DNA of 64,000 nucleotides from Clostridia bacterium. Lineage in GTDB: Bacteria; Bacillota; Clostridia; Oscillospirales; RGIG5299. Shown piece after piece: positions 20,143-26,905 of this stretch; within the stretch, counting starts at the first letter, position 1, and the number at the start of each line of letters is the position of its first letter. The translations under genes and the position numbers were made by a program. The notes under the pieces were generated by a model, which was not told where the DNA came from, searched no databases, and was given only the letters and a program-made list of their open reading frames with translations. Location: NCBI GenBank assembly GCA_017504945.1, contig JAFVQJ010000015.1, positions 40,842 through 104,841 of the forward strand. Direction: 5' to 3'.

Positions 20143-20979
20143 ATGAAAAGGGTACTGACAGAAACGGAATTGGAGAAATTTGAAGGATATCTGCTCAAAG
20201 AGGAAAAAAGCCTGCGCACAGTGGAAAAATATCTGCGCGACGTCGGGCGGTTTATCACCTTTGCAAACGGCAGGGAAATAGAAAAAAGCACGGTAATTGC
20301 CTATAAAACCATGCTCGAGAAAAGCTATGCCGTTTCGAGTGCAAACACAATGCTTGCCGCCCTGAACGGCTTTTTTCGCTTTATGGAGTGGCATGATCTC
20401 ACGGTAAAGCAGTTTAAATTTCAAAACAGAAGCTTTTGCCCGCAGGACAAGGAGCTTTCGAGAGAAGAATATGCGCGTCTCGTAACAACGGCGCTAAAAC
20501 AGGGGAACGAGCGTCTTTCACTCATTCTGCAGACCGTGTGCAGCACGGGCATACGCATAAGCGAGCTTGAATACATAACCGCCGAAACGGTAAGGCGCGG
20601 CGAGACGGTTGTAAGCTGCAAGGGTAAAAAACGCGTTATCCTGCTCGTGCCCGATCTTCAGAAAAAGCTTGAAAGATACGTTCGCAAAAACGGGATAGAA
20701 GGAAAGCTTTTCGTAACGAATAGCGGAAAGCCCGTTTGCCGCACGAACGTCTGGCGAGAGATGAAGCGTCTTGCCGCCGACGCCGACGTGCCCGAGAATA
20801 AGGTCTTTCCGCACAATTTAAGGCATCTCTTTGCCCGAACCTTCTATTCAATGGATAAGGATATAGTCAAGCTTGCCGACATTTTGGGGCATACCAACAT
20901 AAATACCACGCGAATATACACCGTTACAACTGCCGACGAATACAAAAAGAAGATGGAGGAGATGATGCTGATAATATAA
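20143..20979 (+). CDS. Tyrosine site-specific recombinase (XerC/D- or RecV-like), candidate invertase for the adjacent switch
   Basis: An N-terminal SAM-like domain (LRTVEKYLRDVGRFITF) is followed by a catalytic domain with the STGIRISEL (Arg), HNLRHLFA (His-x-x-Arg) and GHTNINTTRIYT (His...Tyr) motifs. ATG 20143 follows a GGAGG RBS, and an extended -10 (TGtTATAAT) lies at 20107-20115. Confidence 0.85.
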   Translation: MKRVLTETELEKFEGYLLKEEKSLRTVEKYLRDVGRFITFANGREIEKSTVIAYKTMLEKSYAVSSANTMLAALNGFFRFMEWHDLTVKQFKFQNRSFCPQDKELSREEYARLVTTALKQGNERLSLILQTVCSTGIRISELEYITAETVRRGETVVSCKGKKRVILLVPDLQKKLERYVRKNGIEGKLFVTNSGKPVCRTNVWREMKRLAADADVPENKVFPHNLRHLFARTFYSMDKDIVKLADILGHTNINTTRIYTVTTADEYKKKMEEMMLII

Positions 20980-21010
20980 AAACTGCCCACAGTCTTAAGA
21001 CTGCGGGCAG
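20976..21010 (-). terminator. Terminator of the leftward variant-A operon
   Basis: Hairpin CTGCCCACAGTCTT / AAGACTGCGGGCAG (20983-21010). Read on the minus strand it is followed by TTTT. Confidence 0.5.
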
Positions 21011-21032
21011 TAAATCAAAGATCCTTGGTCGA

Positions 21033-21164
21033 TTAATCCCAGCCGTTTTCGCCGGTAATGTAGTTTCCTTCGTTTTCACCCTCGGTAGTGGGGATAGAAA
21101 CGGTGATAACGTCTTCGATAGCAAAAAGCTCAAATTCGATTTCAGGTGTAGTATATTTTTTCAT
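21033..21164 (-). CDS. Conserved 43-aa acidic small protein (copy A), downstream of variant A
   Basis: My translation gives MKKYTTPEIEFELFAIEDVITVSIPTTEGENEGNYITGENGWD. It is preceded by AAAGGAGAT. It is below the track's length cut-off. A near-identical copy lies at 26654-26785. Confidence 0.5.
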   Translation of the reverse strand: MKKYTTPEIEFELFAIEDVITVSIPTTEGENEGNYITGENGWD

Positions 21165-21583
21165 TTTATTTATCTCCTTTCACCGAATTATGCGTTCATA
21201 GCATCGTTGATGCTTATAGCACGGAGACCACCGTAGGTGATGGTGCCGTCAGCATACTCAACGTAGCTTACTGCAAGGAAGATTCTGCTGAGCTGATCCT
21301 CGGGAATACCGATAAGAACTGCGGTAAAGGAGATCGAGTCGTCGGTCTTCTCGTAGTAGTTCTTTGCAACGATATCAAGGTAAGAGGTGCCGTCGATCTT
21401 GCCGTCTTGAGTATGACCGAGATAACCGCCGGTTACCTTGTCTGCGGGCATGATGATGGTGCCCATCTTTACGATAGAATCGTTGTTGTTAACGCTGTTA
21501 AGAGCAACGGTGGTCTTGAAACGAAGACCTGCTGCTACCTTCTCGGAAGGTGCTCTCCACTGTACAACGGGAGTGGTAGCCTT
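21033..21583. repeat. Outer inverted repeat, arm A (3' constant region of variant A plus the small ORF)
   Basis: This is the reverse complement of 26235-26785. I counted about 10 mismatches in the ~400 nt of the large gene that I aligned by eye. The mirror-image spurious ORFs in the track (21407..22129 + and 26097..26465 -) share the same peptide, which confirms the repeat. Confidence 0.85.
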
Positions 21584-23707
21584 GTTCTCGGTTTCGTTGT
21601 AATAAGCATCTGCACCTTCGTATTTACCGGCGGTTATACCGTTGATTGCTTTGAATTCTGCGGTAGCACCGCTGGTGCCGTAGCCGGTCTGACCGACTAT
21701 AACGTAAGCCTGATTGTTCTCATCAAGAACGTTGGTTACATTGAATTCGTAATCAACGTATGCGCCGGTGGGCTCTTCGGTCTCGGGATCGATCTCTTCA
21801 ATCTGAAGTGCTGCGCCGTTAAGATAGATCTTAACGTATTTATTACCGTCAACCTCGTAAACGTCGCCTACCGAGAAGGTGTTATCAACGTCGTTGGACC
21901 AAGCGTTAGTGAAGGCTATGGCGCCTACAACACCGGATCCGTAGATAACGTTATCGCCGCCGACGTGGATAGCAAGAGCAGTTGCGGGGTTGCAATCGGG
22001 GAAATAGGTATTGACGGACATCTGGAGGCTGTACGTAGTGGGCTTGGTTGCGCTCAAGATGAAATCGGTGTGAGCGTTAGGAGAGGAAAAGGTATTAGCG
22101 GTTTTGTTTATAACTATCTCAAGTCTTGATGCGAAGAGCTTCTCGTTATAAACAACGCCTGCCTGACCCCAGTTTCCGGTATTACTGTTGAGTTTGATTA
22201 TACCGTTGGGCTTATAAGAAACGATGCCGCCGGGAGTGGTTGCGTCTGCCATCCAAGGAGCGAGAACCGTCCAGTTAGAATCTGCGGGATCAAACTCAGC
22301 GGGAACCTCTAACCAAAGACCATAATTATTGGGAACAAAACCGCTGATATCAGAAATGATGTAGGTTCCGGTGGTATTGCCGCCATAGGTAGAAGCACCG
22401 AAGCCGAGAACCGCAATACCGTCTACAGAAAAGATAGATGCGGCATTTGCGAAGGTGTAGATAAGAGTGCCGTTAGCATAAAGATTAACGTCTGCACCGT
22501 CAATGCTGAATATGAAAGAGTTTACGTCGTTTACTTTGATGGCACTTACTACCTTATCTGCAAGAGATACACCGGAGTTAACACATGCGCCGTTAACATA
22601 AGTGTAGAGAAGTATCTGGTTGGCCAGATTGTTAACAAGTCTGAACTCAATGCTGTCACCGTTGGTAGTCTGAACGCAAGAACCGGCAGCGGTTGAAGGA
22701 ACAGTTGTGTTAGCTGCGGTAGAAAGCATTACCGAGAAGTTCTGGAAGCAGGTGCCTGCATCCTTGCCCGTATCATCGGTAAGAGCTTGATTAGGAACAA
22801 AGATATCAAGAGAAATGTTATTGCCCGAATCGAATGCAACACCCTTTAAAGAACTGATAGCTGCGCCCGACCATGCACCGGCGCCTATGGAAAGGGTACC
22901 GTCTGCGTTGATTGCTGCTGTTGCATTGTTTGCAGCAGAAGTATTCCAAGTGGGCTCAACGTAAGTATAAGCCTCGTAATCTGCAACAGAGTCGTCGTTA
23001 GAAACTATTTTGAAGTTTCTGAAGGAGGGCATATTGTTCCAGTCGCCGCAGTCGCCGTTGGAGCCAAGAACAACGTATTTGCCGGTTGCATTTTCGGGAG
23101 TATAGGCGTTGCAAACAAGAACGTCGTTTACCCACATAGAAACAACACCGTTTGCTACAACGACCTTAACGGTATTCCAATCGCCGGATTCGATACCGAT
23201 GATAGAATAGGGAGATGCTGCACAAGCAACTGCTTTTGCAGAAGTGTCAAAAAGTTCTACTACATTGTAGGTGCCCCAAGCAGCGTAGTTATCGGGGGTG
23301 CCTGCTGCCGTACCCTCGTAGTTGGCGAGTTTTACAGACATAGCGCCTGTCCAGTTTTTGTCTGCGCCGTCGGGGTATACACCCATAACGCCTACTACGG
23401 GAACACCGTTAGTAGTACTTGCGCTCTGGGTTGCGGGGACGTATGCTTCAACAGTAATAGTGTAGTTATTGTTGTAAGCAGAGGCATCATAAAGTGCGCC
23501 GAGGTTTGCAAAAGGAACCTCAGGATTGCCCCAACCCATAGAGAGAGAACCGTCAGCGTTTACTTTGAAGTTAGATGCGCTTGCGCCGCCGGTAGCGGTG
23601 TGCTCCCAACCGTCAGCAACTGCTGCCGATGCCATGGGGATTGCTGCAAATGCGAGAGGCAATATCATGATTATTGCGACCGCAATGCAAAGGAGTTTTC
23701 TTTTCAT
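21188..23707 (-). CDS. Secreted multi-domain beta-sandwich (LamG/concanavalin-like lectin-type) protein, variant A
   Basis: 839 aa. The signal peptide MKRKLLCIAVAIIMILPLAFAAIPMASAA is identical to that of variant B. Repeated modules of the type W..V.V.V.NG.V..W.ND look like LamG/DUF1080-type modules, but this is from memory and weak. The C-terminal ~130 aa are nearly identical to variant B. Confidence 0.8.
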   Translation of the reverse strand: MKRKLLCIAVAIIMILPLAFAAIPMASAAVADGWEHTATGGASASNFKVNADGSLSMGWGNPEVPFANLGALYDASAYNNNYTITVEAYVPATQSASTTNGVPVVGVMGVYPDGADKNWTGAMSVKLANYEGTAAGTPDNYAAWGTYNVVELFDTSAKAVACAASPYSIIGIESGDWNTVKVVVANGVVSMWVNDVLVCNAYTPENATGKYVVLGSNGDCGDWNNMPSFRNFKIVSNDDSVADYEAYTYVEPTWNTSAANNATAAINADGTLSIGAGAWSGAAISSLKGVAFDSGNNISLDIFVPNQALTDDTGKDAGTCFQNFSVMLSTAANTTVPSTAAGSCVQTTNGDSIEFRLVNNLANQILLYTYVNGACVNSGVSLADKVVSAIKVNDVNSFIFSIDGADVNLYANGTLIYTFANAASIFSVDGIAVLGFGASTYGGNTTGTYIISDISGFVPNNYGLWLEVPAEFDPADSNWTVLAPWMADATTPGGIVSYKPNGIIKLNSNTGNWGQAGVVYNEKLFASRLEIVINKTANTFSSPNAHTDFILSATKPTTYSLQMSVNTYFPDCNPATALAIHVGGDNVIYGSGVVGAIAFTNAWSNDVDNTFSVGDVYEVDGNKYVKIYLNGAALQIEEIDPETEEPTGAYVDYEFNVTNVLDENNQAYVIVGQTGYGTSGATAEFKAINGITAGKYEGADAYYNETENKATTPVVQWRAPSEKVAAGLRFKTTVALNSVNNNDSIVKMGTIIMPADKVTGGYLGHTQDGKIDGTSYLDIVAKNYYEKTDDSISFTAVLIGIPEDQLSRIFLAVSYVEYADGTITYGGLRAISINDAMNA

Positions 23708-23791
23708 GGTTTTTTTCCTTTCTTAATAATAAAATTTTTTTAATTTAGTTTACTTAAACGGTCGACAAATACAACATAATGAACATTATGT
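23621..23791. repeat. Inner inverted repeat, left arm (signal-peptide codons + 5' UTR + recombination core)
   Basis: 171 bp that is the reverse complement of 24154-24323 with a single 1-nt indel (A4 vs A3 at ~23731). Identity stops exactly at the end of the palindromic core (23791). Confidence 0.9.
23774..23791 (+). other. Candidate recombination core site L (ACATAATG-AA-CATTATGT)
   Basis: This near-palindrome sits at the inner end of the left IR arm. The context acaACATAATGAACATTATGTatc has the central TGAACA in the same orientation as site M and opposite to site R. Confidence 0.6.
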
Positions 23792-23806
23792 ATCAAAAAA
23801 ACCGTG

Positions 23807-23836
23807 AAAAAAAACAAAAACCACCCTCTCGGGTGG
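23807..23836 (-). terminator. Unidirectional (leftward-acting) terminator inside the invertible segment
   Basis: Hairpin CCACCC-tctc-GGGTGG (23821-23836). On the minus strand it is followed by TTTTTGTTTT. On the plus strand no T-run follows, so it should stop only transcription heading toward variant A. Confidence 0.55.
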
Positions 23837-23846
23837 CGAAAAGAAA

Positions 23847-23864
23847 ACATAATGAACATTATGT
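23847..23864 (+). other. Candidate recombination core site M (third, internal copy)
   Basis: aaaACATAATGAACATTATGTtgc has the same 18-bp core and the same orientation as site L. It lies 73 bp to the right of L, on the other side of the terminator. Confidence 0.55.
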
Positions 23865-23867
23865 TGC

Positions 23868-23896
23868 TTGAAAAAATACCGTTTTCGCCCTATTAT
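23868..23896 (+). promoter_or_regulatory. Promoter-like element, rightward (TTGAAA-N17-TATTAT)
   Basis: The hexamers and 17-nt spacing were read directly. The region is AT-rich, so the false-positive risk is high. Confidence 0.3.
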
Positions 23897-23907
23897 ATAT
23901 AAAAAAC

Positions 23908-23936
23908 ATTATAATATAGGTGCCTCCTCGCGACAA
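23908..23936 (-). promoter_or_regulatory. Promoter-like element, leftward (TTGTCG-N17-TATAAT on the minus strand)
   Basis: In plus-strand coordinates the -35 is at 23931-23936 and the -10 at 23908-23913. Transcripts from here would hit the 23807-23836 terminator before reaching variant A. Confidence 0.3.
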
Positions 23937-24087
23937 ATTTATAAATCCTCCCTTGAAATCCTCGAAAGCCGCACCACAGCTTGCTTTGCAGACCTTTTTT
24001 GCCGTTAAAATTTAAAAACTTTTGTCGATTTATACAAAAAATACACCTAAATTGACAATATTTTCTATAAAAAATAAAAATAAAGGC

Positions 24088-24116
24088 TTGCATTTTCCCT
24101 CTTGTTATGGTAAAAT
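24088..24116 (+). promoter_or_regulatory. Best sigma-70-type promoter in the switch, currently facing variant B (TTGCAT-N17-TGgTAAAAT)
   Basis: The -35 TTGCAT is at 24088-24093, followed by a 17-nt spacer and an extended -10 with TGG at 24108-24110 and TAAAAT at 24111-24116. It lies inside the invertible segment, 35 bp from site R. Confidence 0.5.
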
Positions 24117-24153
24117 AAAGTGAAATTTAGTTTATTTAATATGAATTCATACA

Positions 24154-24171
24154 ACATAATGTTCATTATGT
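24154..24171 (-). other. Candidate recombination core site R (ACATAATG-TT-CATTATGT, inverted relative to L and M)
   Basis: With flanks it forms a perfect 24-bp palindrome except for the central dinucleotide: ACAACATAATG-TT-CATTATGTTGT (24151-24174). It sits at the inner end of the right IR arm. Confidence 0.6.
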
Positions 24172-24323
24172 TGTATTTGTCGACCGTTTAAGTAAACTAA
24201 ATTAAAAAAATTTATTATTAAGAAAGGAAAAAAACCATGAAAAGAAAACTCCTTTGCATTGCGGTCGCAATAATCATGATATTGCCTCTCGCATTTGCAG
24301 CAATCCCCATGGCATCGGCAGCA
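24154..24323. repeat. Inner inverted repeat, right arm
   Basis: It is the partner of 23621-23791 and covers the core site, the 5' UTR, the RBS (AAGAAAGGAAAAAAACC ATG) and the first 29 codons of variant B. Confidence 0.9.
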
Positions 24324-26630
24324 TCGGTTAAGTATATTTCTTCTGATTTTTCTTATCCCGCCGATATAAATGGAATTGCAATCAACTCAGACGGCTCTAT
24401 GGGCGTTAGCTATGGTACACATGCTGAAAACGGTGTAAACTCTTACGTTGACTTTGTTGGCACCGCAAATCTTGGCAATAGCTACACCGTAGAGGTTGAT
24501 GTTCGTCTTGCAGAACAGATGCAGTATGCAGCTGCTATCGGCTTGGGTGCAAGTGATTCTTGGGTAGGTGCAGGCTTGGTTGTTAAGCTCGGTAATAACG
24601 GTAATAATTATCTTGAACTTTACGACAACGCTCTTGCTCCCTTGACTCCCGCTGTTGCTTCTGCAGCAGACTTCAACATGCGCACTTACAGCGAAGGCTT
24701 TAACACCGTAAAGTTCGTTGTAGAAAACAACGTTGTTGACCTTTATATCAACGACGTTCTTGTTCTCGCAGATTATGCGATGACTCCCATCGGCGGCTAT
24801 CTCGCTCTCGGTGTAAACGGAGATGCCGGAAACAAATACGTTCCTGTAACCTACAAAAATCTTAAGGTTACCAACGGCGAAGGAACCAAAAGCTATCTTG
24901 ATCAGCCTTTGAATTGGAACTTACAGGATCTCCAGGGAATAGGCGGAGCCTCCGATATGGCTGCTGCAGACCGTATTAATCCCAGCACCTATGTTTTGAA
25001 TAAAACAAACGGCTCTTTCGGAATTTATTCAAATGCATGGTCCGGATCGATCATTTCCTCTAAAAAGGCATTGGATATCAGCTCTGCCATTACGACAGAG
25101 GTGGTTATCGGCAATATGCCTTACGAAGCAACTGCCGGTCATGGAGCAAATCCCGCACAGTGCCACTCTATCGTTTTATCTGCATCGTCTCCCTCTATCA
25201 TTGCTAATGCATTTGCAGAATCGACCGTATACAGCGGTATAGAGGTTAAATTCATTAAAGATGTAGACGGAAATATCGACGTCTATTTTATGGAAAACGG
25301 AGCATTGAAGCTTCTGTCAGAAAACTTGTTCGTTCCCGGTGACGTAGTAACCTTTGCCTTCAAAAATAACGGCACCGATATTGCGGTATATGCCGCCAAG
25401 GGCAACGAAGCAGAAGCATTGCTTTATACATATGCAAATGCAGCTGGCAATTTCGCAGGATATGCATTTTTGGCTTACACCGCACAGACGTATGGCGGCG
25501 CAGTAACAAATGAAATGACCGTAAATAAAGTAAATGGCGTTGCAGCACTGGATTACGCAGGCGGTATTGTACCTGTAGAAGTCAAAGACGGTTGGAGCGA
25601 TGCTTTTGAAGCAGCATTTAACGCAAGTCAGAACGTACAGTGCGGTCAGGGTACTGTTGTTTTCAGTGCCAACGGTGAAATGAATCTCATTTCCGGTGAT
25701 GGTTGGTTTGGACATGCGGGAACCGCATTGGTTGAGAAAGTAGCTCTTTCCGGTTTGTCACTTGTCGTTGACATTTCCGGATTTACAATTAATGAACACA
25801 ATTTCGTCATATCTCTTACCAAGGCTCCCATTAGTGCAGCAGAATCTGCTGGAAGTTTCTGGTCTATTCCCGCATACGATAAGACCGCAACTACCAGCGA
25901 TCTCGGCTTGTTCTTCGATAAAAACGGAGGAATCGTAACCTGGTATGGACGTAATGACTGCGCACAGGGTGCCTTTGAAATCGGAGAGGACGCTAAATTT
26001 ACCGTAAAGTTTGGCGAGCCTTATGCTGACGGCGAAAAGACACTTGTTAAGCTGTATGTAAACGGCGCAGAAATCAGATCGTACGATATAACCGATTTAT
26101 TGGACGAGGACGGTAAGGTATACCTTTCTACCGGAGTTACCGGATATGGAAATACCGGTTGTTCTGCAAAAGTTATCAGCGTAAACGGTGTTACTGCAGG
26201 TCTTTATGACGGTGCAGCTACCTACACCGATCACAAGGCTACCACTCCCGTTGTACAGTGGAGAGCACCTTCCGAGAAAGTAGCAGCAGGTCTTCGTTTC
26301 AAGACCACCGTTGCTCTTAACGGCGTTAACAACAACGATTCTATCGTAAAGATGGGCACCATCATCATGCCCGCAGACAAGGTAACCGGCGGTTATCTCG
26401 GTCATACTCAAGACGGCAAGATCGACGGCACCTCTTACCTTGATATCGTTGCAAAGAACTACCACGAGAAGACCGACGACTCGATCTCCTTCACCGCAGT
26501 TCTTATCGGTATTCCCGAGGATCAGCTTGATAGAATCTTCCTTGCAGTAAGCTACGTTGAGTATGCTGACGGCACCATCACCTACGGTGGTCTCCGTGCT
26601 GTAAGCATCAACGATGCCATGAACGCATAA
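24237..26630 (+). CDS. Secreted multi-domain beta-sandwich (LamG/concanavalin-like lectin-type) protein, variant B
   Basis: 797 aa. The first 29 aa are identical to variant A. The central ~640 aa are only distantly similar to variant A, although the architecture is the same. The last ~130 aa (TTPVVQWRAPSEKVAAGLRFKTTVALN...GGLRAxSINDAMNA) are nearly identical. Confidence 0.8.
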   Translation: MKRKLLCIAVAIIMILPLAFAAIPMASAASVKYISSDFSYPADINGIAINSDGSMGVSYGTHAENGVNSYVDFVGTANLGNSYTVEVDVRLAEQMQYAAAIGLGASDSWVGAGLVVKLGNNGNNYLELYDNALAPLTPAVASAADFNMRTYSEGFNTVKFVVENNVVDLYINDVLVLADYAMTPIGGYLALGVNGDAGNKYVPVTYKNLKVTNGEGTKSYLDQPLNWNLQDLQGIGGASDMAAADRINPSTYVLNKTNGSFGIYSNAWSGSIISSKKALDISSAITTEVVIGNMPYEATAGHGANPAQCHSIVLSASSPSIIANAFAESTVYSGIEVKFIKDVDGNIDVYFMENGALKLLSENLFVPGDVVTFAFKNNGTDIAVYAAKGNEAEALLYTYANAAGNFAGYAFLAYTAQTYGGAVTNEMTVNKVNGVAALDYAGGIVPVEVKDGWSDAFEAAFNASQNVQCGQGTVVFSANGEMNLISGDGWFGHAGTALVEKVALSGLSLVVDISGFTINEHNFVISLTKAPISAAESAGSFWSIPAYDKTATTSDLGLFFDKNGGIVTWYGRNDCAQGAFEIGEDAKFTVKFGEPYADGEKTLVKLYVNGAEIRSYDITDLLDEDGKVYLSTGVTGYGNTGCSAKVISVNGVTAGLYDGAATYTDHKATTPVVQWRAPSEKVAAGLRFKTTVALNGVNNNDSIVKMGTIIMPADKVTGGYLGHTQDGKIDGTSYLDIVAKNYHEKTDDSISFTAVLIGIPEDQLDRIFLAVSYVEYADGTITYGGLRAVSINDAMNA

Positions 26631-26785
26631 TTCGGTGAAAGGAGATAAATAAAATGAAAAAATATACTACACCTGAAATCGAATTTGAGCTTTTTGCTAT
26701 CGAGGACGTTATCACCGTTTCCCTTCCTTCTGCTGAGGGTGAAAACGAGGGCGGATACATCACCGGCGAAAACGGTTGGGACTAA
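26235..26785. repeat. Outer inverted repeat, arm B
   Basis: This is the partner of 21033-21583 (see that entry). Confidence 0.85.
26654..26785 (+). CDS. Conserved 43-aa acidic small protein (copy B), downstream of variant B
   Basis: MKKYTTPEIEFELFAIEDVITVSLPSAEGENEGGYITGENGWD, preceded by an AAAGGAGAT RBS. It differs from copy A at 4 of 43 residues. Confidence 0.5.
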   Translation: MKKYTTPEIEFELFAIEDVITVSLPSAEGENEGGYITGENGWD

Positions 26786-26810
26786 TCCACCGATTTAACT
26801 CAATAATTAA

Positions 26811-26840
26811 AAACCGCAGGCATATTGCCTGCGGTTTTTT
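26811..26840 (+). terminator. Terminator of the rightward variant-B operon
   Basis: Stem AACCGCAGGC / GCCTGCGGTT followed by TTTTT. Confidence 0.7.
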
Positions 26841-26905
26841 CGTTTATCATTGATTTTAACAGAAAAAAGTGGTAAAATATTATGAAAGGAAAGTGAGTGG
26901 ATAAA

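Noticed and set aside
20143-20979. The integrase as a marker of a prophage or integrative element.
   Set aside because: There are no phage, conjugation or cargo genes, no tRNA or att-like direct repeats around it, and housekeeping genes lie on both sides. Its small size (278 aa) and position next to inverted repeats fit a dedicated invertase better.
21407-22129. 240-aa plus-strand ORF antisense to variant A. Its mirror is the 122-aa minus-strand ORF at 26097-26465, and both begin MSMTEITAGYLVCGHDDGAHLYDRIVVVNAVKSNGGLETKTCCY.
   Set aside because: Both lie antisense to long, well-supported secreted-protein genes and have no RBS. They resemble each other only because they fall inside the outer inverted repeat. 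They are useful as confirmation of the repeat, not as genes.
23893-24093. 66-aa minus-strand ORF inside the invertible segment.
   Set aside because: It lies in AT-rich DNA with a low-complexity, Phe/Ile/Lys/Arg-rich translation, and has no RBS. It overlaps the promoter-like elements. It is more likely non-coding regulatory DNA, although a tiny switch-encoded product cannot be fully excluded.
21188-26630. A diversity-generating retroelement (DGR) explanation for the variable cores.
   Set aside because: There is no reverse transcriptase gene and no template/variable repeat pair with adenine-specific mismatches. Divergence spans about 2 kb rather than a short C-terminal variable region.
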